Position numbers and translations under genes: made by a program. Positions 51,327 through 64,000 of a stretch of 64,000 nt of DNA are shown here, in pieces (position 1 is the stretch's first letter; every line of letters begins with the position of its first letter). The notes beneath the pieces are model-generated. The model was not told the DNA's origin, ran no database searches, and saw only the letters and a list, made by a program, of their open reading frames with translations. Source of the stretch: Octopus vulgaris (taxonomy: Eukaryota); the NCBI GenBank assembly GCA_951406725.2, contig OX597815.1, positions 23,436,001-23,500,000 of the forward strand. The letters run 5' to 3'.

Positions 51327-53352
51327 TAAAAAAAAAAAAAGAAAATGTAAGAGGAATTGATATAACATATTACTTGTGAGCAATTAAAACTCTTTAATAT
51401 GCTTTAAACAACTTTTATCAATGATACCTAAGATTGTAAATGCCAGTACTCAAAGCAACTTGGAATTGTTTTCAATACCCAGACATTTACCTAATTTCAA
51501 ATATTCTCACTTCATATATCTAGGAACAAACTAAATAGGTGCAGGCATGGCTGTGTCATTAAGAAGTTCACTCAAGTTGACCAATGCCTTGTGAGTGTAA
51601 TTTGGTTGACAAAATTGTTGAGTGAATATGTTCATGTACACAAAAATTTATGTCTTCATATTATTACCACTTGAGCAGTGGTGGTGTCTGTTGTGTTCCA
51701 CATAATATATCCCACAATTTAACAATTCAATGTGTGAAACCAGTGGTATTTTATAAGGTACTATATAAAGTATCTCATTTAAAAATAAGGGTTGGATCAG
51801 GAAGGGCATCTGGTCATAGAATATTGCTTCAAGAGGTTACATTCAAACCATGCTGACATGGAAAAGTGAGTGTATAAAAGATGATGAAACCGCTATTCAG
51901 AAATTCTTCAATTCTTAGTCCAAGGCAAATGTTCCACAAGACTTAAGAAAAGGAATTACAACAGGAGTAAAACAAAATCTGGAATACTTAATCTCATTCT
52001 AACAACCTACTAATCCAGAAAGGTCTCTTCAAGATATGTAAACTGATAAGTCATTAATCGAATAGGATTAAATAGTAAATAATTGAATATTTCCATTCTC
52101 CTCATTTTTTATTTGAAGACAGCATGCTCTGCTGGATGTGCACTGTCAGTGTGTTTGTACGACCGAGTGTGCTTCAAGAGAAAAATTGGATAGAAGAGGC
52201 ATCAGATGTAGTGTGCAAGAGAGAAGATTGTGCGGGTATGATCATGTGATGTGTATGGTTGAGGACAGCTGCATAAAGAAGTGCCAATCTCTTAATTGTG
52301 TAGGGGACTTGTAAAAAGGGTGGACCCAGGCAATTTGCTGTGTTTGAGAAGACACATCAAGAGAAGTGAAATTGTGGTCATACCCCACCCTCTCACACAC
52401 ATTCTCTGACCTCTGTCAAAATTTTCCCATCTCTCAACACCTGCTGCAGTCCCCATCCCCCCTCCACTCTCGTGTGCCTATCCACAAACTCTCCATGCCC
52501 TCTTGTGCTTCCTTACTCCCTCCCAGTCTCTACAATTTCCCTCACCATCACTAACTATAGTCATGTCTTCCCCCATCTCTAAACATATTCCTTTACAACT
52601 CTTATAGAACATCCCCTGCTACTCACCTTGTTCTACTTATACACCACCACTGTTTACTGTGGAGAGGTCCCAATACATCTCCAACACCATCAACTTCTCT
52701 TTCGTTGTATCTATCTTTCTAACACTTTATCCTACCTTCCTACACCTTCCTTGTCCTACTGGAGTAACCGAGTACCTCCTCTGTAATAAGACAACTATTT
52801 CTGTCCCTCCATCATACTCTAACCTATTGCTTGGCACACAGCCACTTCCCTCAGTTTCTCTCCTTCCCTCTTTCAACCAAGAGACCTTTGTCTTGCAAGC
52901 TACTTGGTGCTGAGCCACATAAAAAGCATCTGTGCTGGTATCACATAGAAAGCATCTGTATCAGTACCATGTTAAAAACACCTGTGCATACTGTAAAATG
53001 ATTTGCATTACAAAGGGCATCTAGCCATAGAAACCACACTAAAACTGACAATTGGAGCCTGCTGGCCAGCTCCTGTCAAACCCTCCAACCCATACTAGCA
53101 TTGAAAATGTTAAATGATGGTGATGATAAATGTACAAAAGGAGAAGGTAGGTCCATCAATATTCCAGCACTGTACAGACACACAAAGCATTGCCATAAAC
53201 AACTGCTAGACTAATTCATTGTTGCAGCCATGTAAATGTAATACAAAAGTATGCTAAAGATTGAACATAATCTCTTGTGGGCAAGAAATGTAAAATAAAG
53301 TTTATTCTTTTCTACACTAGGCACAAGGCCAGAAAATTGTTTTGGAGATGGT

Positions 53353-54276
53353 GCAGGTCATCCCATAAGTCCTGTCCGATTTTACCTTTTTCTTAAAATT
53401 GAATGAAATTTAATAGTATTTTTGGAATGTCTAATGGAATTAAAAATCATTTTTATGCATTTTTTGTACATATAAACTAATTAAACATTATTTTACAGAA
53501 TAATAGAATTAAAATTTCTTCAATTGAAACCCTTTCTAACATAGAAGCATCCAAAGAGCATTTGAGGCACATAATGCTTTATAAGTACAAAAAAGGAAAC
53601 TCTGCAGCCGAAGTGACTCAAAACATACACTCAGTTTATGGGAAAGAATGCTTGAATGAAAGAACTTGCAGAAGATGGTTTGCAAAATTCAGAAGTGGAG
53701 ATTTCAACCTTGAAGATTGAACAGGACGACGTCCAGTTGAGTTTGATGATAAGCTCCTTGAGGCATTACTTGAAGAAAATCTTGCATTATCAGTTGAAGA
53801 ATTGGCAATAAAGCTTAGTTCAAACCATACAATTGTTCATCATCATCTTCAACAACTTGGAAAGGTTCCTAAATTTGGAAAATGGGTGCCTCATGAATTG
53901 TCCAAAAGCAACTGCAAATCCCGAGGTGACATCTGCTCTTCTCTCCATTCTCGCGAACTCATTTCACCTTTTTTTGGATAGACTTGTGACTGGTGATGAA
54001 AAATGGATCTTCTATCGAAATGTTAAACGTCATAAACAGTGGCTTGGTAAAAGGGAAAAAGCTCAACCACAACCGAAAAGGGAACTTCATGAGAAAAAGG
54101 TTCTTCTCTCTATCTGGTGGGATTGCAAAGGAGTAATTCACTTTGAATTGTTACCACCTAATGCAACAATCAATGCTCAAGTCTAATCTTAGCAATTAGA
54201 GCATTTGAACCAAGCTTTGAAGAAAAAAAGACCCGCTTTAGTGAATCGAAAAGGAGTGATGTTTCATCAGGACAAC
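53353..54276 (+). mobile_element. Mariner transposon, 3'-truncated and decayed
   Basis: Left TIR-like caggtcatcccataag. Transposase fragments LGKWVPHEL, FLDRLVTGDEKWIFYRN and KVLLSIWWDCKGVIHFELLP. Breaks off after FHQDN. Confidence 0.9.
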
Positions 54277-57200
54277 AGTGCTTGCTGCTAAAAACTGGTC
54301 CAAGGTCAAAAATAAAAGCAAACTAACATACAATATATAAATGTTACTAATTCTATTGCACCTGGCAGGATTTGAATTCAGAATGTAGAGGAAAGCAACT
54401 AAATACCATTAAGTGTTTTATCTGGCATTGTACTGTTTCTGTAGTTCCATAAACTTATGTAAAATAGAATCTCTTCAATAATCTAATAGTAATTGAGAAA
54501 ATTTAAACATGACAACCTAAATATAGGGTTGCTTACTTTATTTTTAACTATGTATTATTACCATCTAAAGACAGTCCAGTTTTTCTCACTTGGTCATGGA
54601 TTTGATTTACTGGTCTTTCAAAATTGGTGTCAGAAGCTTCATAGCCAACTCTATCTCACTCTCTCTCTCCTATGCATTTACTTTTGCTGACCATGCTTAG
54701 TTACAGTAATCCCCAACAGCAGTGACATGTTTGTTAGCTACCGTTGAGATAATAGCTAGTTTTTGTGAATAGATTTTACCGCATAATAAAAGCCCCACAC
54801 GCAAAGTTAAATTCTTCTACTCATGGCACATTAATATACACATAACTAGTACCTGTCACTATCCATTGCAAAACCATCAATTCTAACTGCAATCCCTACT
54901 TTATCATTTGTTTTACAGATTGACATTAATTTCCTAAATAAAAGGCCACAAAGTTATAGGAGACAGCTCTGAACTTGAATATTATAATATTCATATTTTT
55001 TAGGCTAAATATTTAAATATTAAATTATTAGTTCAAAACTTTATATATATTCCAAGTTTATGAGGTAATTACATTTCTGAATAATGAAATACAGTTTATA
55101 TTCACAAGCTGTTTGTTCTTCATCAGCTTTCAATAAGACTCCCTGCTTCAAAATTAGAACTTATCCAGTATTTCTATATCTTAGACAAAAGAGGTAGAGC
55201 AGGGCCCACTACCTTCAGCAGAGAATCCAGGGCTGTGGAAAGAAAAGGAAGATGAAACAGTAACTCATGAAGTAGCAGACCAAGGAATTGAATTTGCTCA
55301 GGCCGGAGACCTGGTCCTCTTGCTTGTAAGAGAAAGGATTCCACTGAGGGCCTAGTGGTGCTACAATGGGAAATGAATTAAACCATTACTCAAGAGCAGG
55401 CATACTTCAGTTGATAGGCTTCTTCACAATTTCCTTTCTCGTAATTTCACTTACAAGGTTTGGATAAATCTGAGACTATGGTGCAAAACATTTGTTTCAA
55501 GTGTAGCACAGCAAGATCAAACATGTAATTATAAAGCAAAGGCTTTAACTACATGGCATGCCTGTAGTTAAAGTTGTTGCTAAAACATCAAATAATATAT
55601 CAATTTTACACAATACACATCTGTGTCTTCAGTTTTATTGGGCTACCAATCTTATTTTAAATATGCTCAGTCCTGTAGTTATAAATTAAATATTCTAATC
55701 TGAAATTATTTAAACTGAGTAAAACATTGTTCATCACAAATATAACTTCTGAATAAAAATATTTTCATTTCAATGTTTTAAGTTGTTCTTAAATAACTCG
55801 AGAGAAATAAGATTTTATTTAAATATGTGCTCTTGAAAACAGCTAAATTGTTATGGTGATGATGATGATGATGATAAAGAGGAGGTTGACAGATTTGTCA
55901 GCTTGGATGGAGAGGAGGGAATCTATAAAACAGTTGTTTCTTTATGAATGAAAAAAAACACACAAGTTCAACTTTCCCTCTTTTTTTACTGATTGAGGAA
56001 GGTTATTGATAAAAACTGTAAATACCAGCTTAAAATGTCACCTCTGATTCAAAGAGGAAATTATTTATACAAAAAAAAAAAGAAAAAAGAAAACACTTTT
56101 AAATGACAAAAGATTGAGAAGTGTCAATTTAATTAGATACATTTTATTTCAGTTACTAATATTAGCAAAATTATCACTTCCCTTGATATTATTGCAAGAC
56201 ATTTTGAAAGCAATCTATTTACAAACTTCTAAGCTAAAATTTAATTTACCCTTTTTATTTATTTATTTATTTGTTTGTTTTGCTTTTCCAAAAAGTTTAT
56301 AGTCTTTGAACATTTAGAGATCCAGTTGTTGTATACAGCAATTTTATAAATAAAGCTTACATACTGAGGATTGTTATTTACGAACTCTCAGATATGTTTC
56401 AAAAGAAAAAATATGTGGAGCAAAAACAGCAAAATTACATTATCTTGGTACTACTGAAGAGACTGGCACCTCTTCAAAAGCAACTAAAAGTTAGGTGCAG
56501 TAGCTGCCACCATTCAGTAGATGATGCAACAGCTTACACCCAAATGGTAATGCAGCCATCAATATATATTTAAATTTGCACTATTTCAGCAAGGAAGCTA
56601 TATGAGATAGGTACAAAGAATTAAAATAATAATGAGTTCTTGAATTGGCACAAGGCCACAATTACATGGATGCTTGACTGGTAGTTATTTCATTAATCCA
56701 GAAACGAAGAGACAAAATAAAACTGCAAGACTTTTTGTCCTGTATTTCATCAGTGTTGCCATATACGGCCTTCATACAACATCAACAGTAACAATATGTT
56801 TTAGATTTGTTTAAAAAGATGGAAAAAGGGAAGCAAGATTATTAAGTCTTGGTAGTATGACACAGATTTGTACTTTTAGAAAAGAACTAAAATCTAGTCA
56901 GGTGCAGAAACAATTATTATTCAGTAGACTAAATAATAGGATTATCCCAAGCAATGTTGGAACCGATGAAGATGTCTCTACAGTCACTCAACTTAGTAAA
57001 AATAGAGACCAATTTCCCTCATTTTACATTCTACCATCTTAAAAATGAAAGATACACTTGATAGTCTAATCATAACTTAATTAGACCCAAGAAAATAATA
57101 TGTCTTTTTAAAATAGGATGGCCATAACCAAAACACATTTCATCATAGGTCTTCTCAATCAGGGTAAACCTAAGACTAAACATGCTTTTTTTCCCCATTT

Positions 57201-58595
57201 TTATAGTGCATTAATTAAAAAAGCTACACTAGAAATGCTAATTCCTGGTATCATCAACCCATAGATGCCCCCATTCTACCTACATTACTCACAAACCTTA
57301 TTCAATGAACACAAAACACATCATTCTAAATACTGTTGACATCAGAAAAGCATTTAACTCCATTCCCTCTGCTGACTTCTTAACAAAATATTGAACTCAT
57401 CTTTAAACAAGATAAAACAAGTCAGAGAGTGAGCTTCTCTGTAGTAATTTGATAAGCTAGAAATAGCAGTGAAATCATACCCCACCATCTTAAATCAAGA
57501 AGACATTGGACAACATAGTCCCTGATATACAAAAAAGATAGGATGGTCATGGTTGGAATGCCTTTGATCATAAGCCTGCTGCATCAGTGCTGATGTGATG
57601 ATCAACAATAAAAACAACACAAAACATTGGCTGCCAAATTCTTCCCAACATTGCCAACTTATGTAGAAAACAATAACAATACCTTCAGAATTTGTAGTTT
57701 CCCAAAAGGAACCACAAAAATCCATCTTGTTACCCACTCTTTTTAACTGATAGGTAATTCTCATCAAGCATATACACAACCTTAGACAGGAGCAGCATGA
57801 AATAAAATACCTTGTTCAAGGACACATTGTGCTGCCCAGTCCACAAATCAAACCCACAACTTTGTTCTTGGGTTCAAATCCCAAACCACTAGGCAAGAAC
57901 ACTTTCACAAAGCAAACAAAACTAAACAGAGAAAATGCAGTTTGCTCAGATGGCAACATGGCACTCCAATAAATCATTGTCAAAGTGTACAGGGAGATCT
58001 TCAATGAGTCAGAGGATGATCTATTTGGAGCTTAAGATACTTAGTACCTATTTCTTGGACCAAATACCTATGTGCCAAATCAAGGCTGGTTAGGGATGCA
58101 ATGACAAAAGTAATAAATACAAAATAAAAAAGTTGCAGTGAAAATTAATTCCTTAATTCTGAATTGAAGTTTATATATTAACAATGTTATAAAACTTACA
58201 TATATTTTCTAGACAAGTACAGACAAAAGTTACAATAGATAAATAACAGCAGTGCACAAAAACCAGAAGTAAACACTAATTCATAAACAATTGCTTTTAT
58301 GTGTAGATATCTGTATACTTAATAATGACATAAACAGACATGATACGTAATTTATTTTCAAAATTAAATCAAATATATATAGGTTATGATCTCTATTCAT
58401 AAGGAAATTCTTATTCGAAATGATAAAAACTATGAAAGAAAAGTTCTGATTTCCTTGATGTTGTTCTTTGGTGCTTGATAAAAAGAAAATTTTCATTCCA
58501 CTGCTCGGCACCTTGGGTAAACCTCTTCTGCTATAGCTGCAGGCTGACCAAAAGTCTTGCGAGTGGATTTGGCAAACAGAAACTGAAAGAAGCTC

Positions 58596-58632
<37 letters not shown>

Positions 58633-59049
58633 GCGTGTGTGTGTGTGTGTGCGTGTGTGTGTGTGTGTGTGCGTGTGTGTGTGTGTGTCTTTGTTTTTCC
58701 TCTACCACTACTTGACAACAGGTGTTGGTGTGTCTATATACCCATAACTTAATGGCTCAACAAAAGAGACCAATGGAATAAGTACCAGGCTTAAAAAAAT
58801 AAGTGCCAGGATCAAGTGATTGGCTAAAAATATTTCAAGGTAGTGCCCCAGTCTAATGACTGAAAAAGCAGCAGAGTTATTGAATAATTGTACTTCATTA
58901 GACTTGAGGAAACATAGGCTGTGGAATTAGCTATGCACCATTCATGTGTCCATAGCTTACACTGGGTACATCATATGAAGTTTTTATCCATGCCTTTTCT
59001 ACAGAACGAGCAGGACCATCTACCTGAAAGGGGTTGTGATTTGACAACT

Positions 59050-59380
59050 CAGACTTTGGTTTTGGCCAGGTTAACACTAAGGCCCTTCGAGTCTAGACCT
59101 TGCTTCCACACCCTAAACTTCATCTCCAGTTCTGGTAGTGACTTGGCTATTAGAGCATAGAGGAGCTCACAGGGGCAGCCTGTCTTGAATTCCTCTGTTT
59201 TTGCCTGGAGGACTATAATGAATAAGAGTGGGCTGAGGACTGATCCTTGGTGAACCCCAACTTCTACTCAGAATTCTTCACTACACTCGTTGCCCACCCT
59301 CACCTTACTGACAGCATCCCTGTACAAAGCTTTTACAGCTCTTACCAGCCACTTGTCTATCCCTAGTTTCCGCATTGACC
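59050..59380 (-). mobile_element. RTE-clade LINE RT fragment (same family as 16655-16900; another at ~63295-63600 +)
   Basis: Reads MRKLGIDKWLVRAVKALYR...GVHQGSVLSPLLFIIVLQA...WKQGLDSKGLSVNLAKTKV on the minus strand. Confidence 0.85.
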
Positions 59381-59389
59381 ACCAGATAT

Positions 59390-60430
59390 TGCTTCTTAAG
59401 GAACATCATGGAATAAAGAGATTTCCACCCAGCATGATTGCAAGTTCTACTCCAAGCCAGGCCAGGTCTATATCTGCCAGGTACTTGTCCACAGTCCTCA
59501 ATCAGATCTTGACAGGTTTGCCTTGTCTTTTATTCAATCTCTCTGGGTTTTTTATGAGCACACAGAACAAGGCCAAGTATCTGCCATTTCACAGTGGTGA
59601 TATCCAGCAAATAACTTAGCCTAACTCTTTCCATAACTTCACTGATAATATAGTTGGGCCAAGATATTCTTAGTATGGCCCTAAGGCAACACCTGTGGAA
59701 GACATCAGTAGTAGTTCTACAGATTCTGCTAGTCTTTTCCCCATCTTGCAGCCACAAGTTGTCATCACCATGATGATGAATATAAGCAGAGTTTGGTTGA
59801 AGGAGGAATTGGATCATAAAAGCTTCAGGAGTAGGAAAACAGCAGCATTTTTGCCAAGACTCTTCTCTATATTACTTTCTGCTGCTGCACCTCATCAATA
59901 ATTATCACTTCTGTCTTTTCATTGCTGATCTGAAGAACAATCTTTGAGCTGTTGTTACTGAGACTGGTGACCATGTCTTGCATTACCACAGATATGGCAC
60001 TAAGGAAGCCTAAAACATCAGCAAAGTGAAGGTCTACAAGTCTTTCCTATTTCTATTTGGTTTCATATGCTGGATCCTCCATAGCACAAAAAAAAAAGGG
60101 AAGACACTACACATCCTTAACACACTCCTCTGATGATGTCAATCTTCTCCAAGTTCCCAGAGATTACCTGTGCATCTTCTTAAGAGCCTTCTTGAAGTTG
60201 ATGAAGCTGACCAAAAGTGGCTGCTGGAACTCACAACTCAGCTTGATTATGTTACAAAATGCAAGGATTTTCTCACTGCACAACCTGAATCCCACCAGTT
60301 CCTCTGATAAACGTCATCAACCACTTACTTCAGACAAGAGACACTGTAGAACACTTTGGCAGAAACACACTGCATGGATATTCTTAGCCAGTTGTTGCAA
60401 TTGCTTAGATCTTTTCACTCCTGTAAATCT
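59390..60430 (-). mobile_element. Highly decayed LINE (RTE-like) fragment
   Basis: Remnants DVFHRCCLRAILRISW, LVDLHFADV and QQPLLVSFINFKKA. Confidence 0.6.
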
Positions 60431-61214
60431 ATTATCATCTTGTCATTCTAGGCTGCAACCACATGTAGACATTTCCAATTATCTGTCTACCTATAAACAT
60501 GCATACATGCATATAATTCACTCTGTTTTTGTCAAGCTGAATCAAGAGTAGAAGGGTTGTGAAGTGAACTTCTTAACCACCCAGTAATCTCTGCTTTCAA
60601 AGATATGATAGTATACATATTACACTCAGCAAGAAATATCCAATTACATCCAATTATAAATTAAATGAAATGAAAACATGTCTGAGCTGAAATTAATCAG
60701 TGGCATCATCATACAGGACATAACTCACCAGTAAATTGTAATTGCTTTCAGTGACACAAACACAGGTAATTGGGCTTTTAAACTAGTTAAGTTTACAAAT
60801 ATTTCAAGAGGCATACTTGATTTTTGTAAAAGAAACTGATATAACAGGAATACATATGGTTATCTGGAGTTAAGGGCTGAATACAAATGTTGACAACAAA
60901 CATTATGCCAATCGCATTTAAGGAATTAATAAAGGTAAGAGAATTAGCAATCGGTGGTACAAGGAAAATATTATTAACATATGTGAGGAAGAACATATGC
61001 AATAATGGAGAAATGTAAGAGAGGACATCTCTAGTAATGGGGTATACGAGAGGAGGATGTATCTATGAAAAAGGAATATTATTAAATAAATAGAAGATAT
61101 ACATCTAATATTGGAAACGTTTACGGAAGTTTAATATGGTCTACATGAGGAACATACACAATGGAAATTACATAGAAATTAGAGCTAACAATGGGTCTGA
61201 GTTAGTATGAATGG

Positions 61215-61597
61215 ATGGAAGTACTCCGTCGGTTACGACGATGAGGGTTCCAGTTGATCCGAATCAACGGAACAGCCTGCTCGTGAAATTAACGTGTAAG
61301 TGGCTGAGCACTCCACAGACAGGTGTACCCTTAACGTAGTTCTCGGGGATATTCAGCGTGACACAGAGAGTGACAAGGCTGGCCCTTTGAAATACAGGTA
61401 CAACAGAAACAGGAAATAAGAGTGAGAGAAAGTTGTGGTGAAAGAGTACAGCAGGGATCACCACCATCGCCTGCCGGAGCCTCGTGGAGCTTTAGGTGTT
61501 TTCGCTCAATAAACACGCACAACGGCCGGTCTGGGAATCGAAACCGCGATCCTATGACCACGAGTCCGCTGCCCTAACCACTGGGCCATTGCGCCTC
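61215..61597 (-). mobile_element. tRNA-derived SINE family C (copy 2)
   Basis: Reverse complement of 19960-20345. Confidence 0.85.
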
Positions 61598-61690
61598 AAG
61601 TATGAATACATGCCTCAACAGATAAAGAAAAGGGTGACAGATAAAGAAAAGAAATATATCTTGAAATACAGAGTATTAACAGAATGGCTG

Positions 61691-62958
61691 CATAAATAAT
61701 GCGGTTTTTTTTTTTTCAATTGCATGAACTAAAAGTTGGAGGGGGACAGGATAAACTACCTGCATCAACTTGCTATAAAAGCAGGTAGTAATTTTACCTT
61801 GTCCTTATTCTTAGTGCAAATTTTGAAGAGTGCAGTTCGATTTTAACAGTTATTTTTTCAAAGCTATAATGGAAGTGACAAAAGAGCATATTTGGCATAT
61901 TTTGCTTTATGAGTTCAATAATGACAACAATGCAATGAATAGTGCAAGGAATATTAATGCAGTATATGGGGATCAGACTATACGTGCAAGCCAGTGTCAA
62001 TGGTGGTTCCAGAAATTCCAAGACAGGAACTACAGCCTACAAGATGAGCCTCGTTCTAGAAGATCTGTAGAGCATAACAAGGGCGTCCTGCAAACCCTGG
62101 TGGAGCAAAGTCCCATCATAACTGTTGAGGAACTAGCAGAGAATCTTGGATTTGGTCATTCAACCATTCATCGATACCTGTGTATCATCGGAAAAGTCAG
62201 CAAGCTGGGTCAATGGGTTTCTCACATTCTTTCCGAGTCTAATTGCGTGCAGAGAGTGAATGTGTGTTCTTTGCTGTCACATCTCACAAATGAACCTTTT
62301 TTGGACCAAATAATAATTGGCAATGAGAAAATGGGTTCTCTATAAAAATGTCAAGCTCCAAAGACAGTGGGTAGGGAAAGGAGAAACATCACCATCCAAG
62401 GCTAAAGAAAGTCTTCAGGTATGTATCTGTTTGGTGGGATATGAAAGGTTTAGTCCACTTTGAACTTTTAAACCCAAACCAAACGGTAACAAAGGAAATC
62501 TAATGTAAGCAGCTTGAGTTGGCACTAGAAGGAAAATGACCATCTTTGGTTTCAAGACAAAAGGTGGTGTTCTATTAGGATAATGCTTTGCCACACACAA
62601 CAAGGACGACATTCCAAAGGTTGGAGCAGTTTGAATAGGAAATGATGCCCCACCCACCATATTTGCCGGACATTGCTCCATCTGATTATCACTTATTCTA
62701 CAGTCTTCAAAATTGTTTGGATGGAGAAAATATGAATTCTGTAGACGATGTCAGAACAGTACTGGAGGAGTATTTTTTTCATCACAGACAAGTGAATTTA
62801 GGAAGACTGGCCTTGCAAGTCTACCAGATAGATGGAAGAACATTGTAGAAAATGAAAGAGAATATATTTTAGATTTTAAAAAAAAACCTTTGTTTATCTT
62901 AATTTTGAAAAATAAAAGAAGTATAAAAAAAATTGCATTCTTTATGGGATGACCCAAT
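61691..62958 (+). mobile_element. Decayed mariner transposon
   Basis: ORF 61830-62345 (HTH, GQWVSHIL, IIGNEK) and fragment PHPPYLPDIAPSDYHLF. TIR remnants cataaataatgcggttttt / aaaaattgcattctttatgggatgacccaa. Confidence 0.92.
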
Positions 62959-62987
62959 ATATATAAAATTGATAATAATAAACTTAC

Positions 62988-63092
62988 CGAGATCCCGTCC
63001 TTTTAGACCACCTATCTTTGAGGGATGTGATGAACCCGATGTTGGTGTATCATAATCATCGATATCATCGATGTCGTCATCATGTTCAGTCA
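62988..63092 (-). CDS. CERT1: CERT1 coding exon (acidic middle region); gene continues upstream beyond the window
   Basis: Acceptor ctctgtttcag and donor gtaagt. 105 nt, phase 1/1, reading (x)TEHDDDIDDIDDYDTPTSGSSHPSKIGGLKGRDL. Joins in frame (G|CT=Ala) to the 41247 exon and corresponds to the acidic EDDEDD stretch before GIDFKGE in vertebrate CERT. Confidence 0.8.
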
Positions 63093-64000
63093 CTGAAACA
63101 GAGCATGTAAAACATCAGCAAAAAAAATGTCATGGATATAAACATATGCATACACACAAACATGTTTGTAAGTGTACAGTTTATAGGTCACTGTGAAAAT
63201 TTAGTGTAGATAAAGAGCTTGCAAGAACAGTATAAGCCAGGTAGAGATACCATTATCAAAAGTTAGAAATAAATTCAATAATAAACTTAGCACATGGGTA
63301 GGTGTACATCAGGATACGGTTCTCAGACCCCCACCTGTTTATTATAGTTCTTTGGCCCTTAATAGGGGAGTTTAAGATCAGCTCCCTCTAAGACTGCTAT
63401 ATGGTGTTCACCTAATTCTCATAGGTGAATCTGTTGAAGAATTAGGGAAGAAATTTCAAAAGTGGAAGCAAAGTCTAGAGCTGAGAAGATTCAATGTAAA
63501 CAAAACAAAGACAAATGTTCTAGTTAGCGGGGAAGGAGACAAGGTACTGCAACCATCAAGAGAGAGAGCCAAACTCACTACACAGAAAAGGAGTAGGTAG
63601 GTATTCCGAACTGGTGGCGAGCTGGCAGAAATGTTAGCACGCCGGGTGAAATGCTTAGCGGTATTTCATCTGCTGTTACGTTGTGAGTTCAAATTCCACT
63701 GAGGTCGACTTTGCCTTTCATCCTTTCGGGGTCGATAAATTAAATACCAGTTACGCACTGGTATTGTTTGTCCCCTCTGTGTTTAGCCCCTTGTGGGTAA
63801 TAAAGAAATAGGTATTCCGAACTGGGTACCGAACATGATTTACAACCACAAAATTGGCATAGCAGAATCAAAGCTAGGCTAATGACAAGGGAATTTCATA
63901 TGTGACATGTGAACCAGCTGAAGCACCTATGTAAATTCTTTGAAAAACTCAAATAGTTTCATATGATTCTTGTGCACAAAGTATGATGCTACAAAAAGAA

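Noticed and set aside
55213-55232. Possible CERT1 micro-exon on the minus strand (strong pyrimidine tract, CCCTGGATTCTCTGCTGAAG, gtagtg)
   Set aside because: 20 nt breaks the phase 1/1 frame, the donor is weak and there is no homology support.

Overview
AT-rich, repeat-dense eukaryotic genomic DNA. The SINE families, (TA)n/(CA)n/(AAT)n microsatellite load and intron sizes suggest an octopus-type cephalopod; this is an inference. The window is dominated by the 3' part of one minus-strand gene, the ceramide transfer protein CERT1 (COL4A3BP/STARD11). I could read 10 phase-consistent coding exons (63092 to stop at 20889) covering the middle region, the FFAT motif and the whole START domain. The PH domain lies beyond the window. 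One intron has a GC donor, and there is probably a 3'-UTR intron followed by a ~3.6 kb terminal UTR exon (13258 to ~9650). The introns hold three decayed mariner elements, a decayed piggyBac-like element with related MITEs, two non-autonomous Helitrons, RTE/CR1 LINE fragments, at least four SINE families and a GIY-YIG Penelope-like element with an inverted terminal repeat. The most notable non-coding signals are seven minimal hammerhead-ribozyme-like motifs (five clustered at 16.4-18.7 kb, mostly in short modules near TA repeats), two long near-perfect intronic inverted repeats and a ~128-nt hairpin. Most ORFs in the supplied track are artefacts of repeats.
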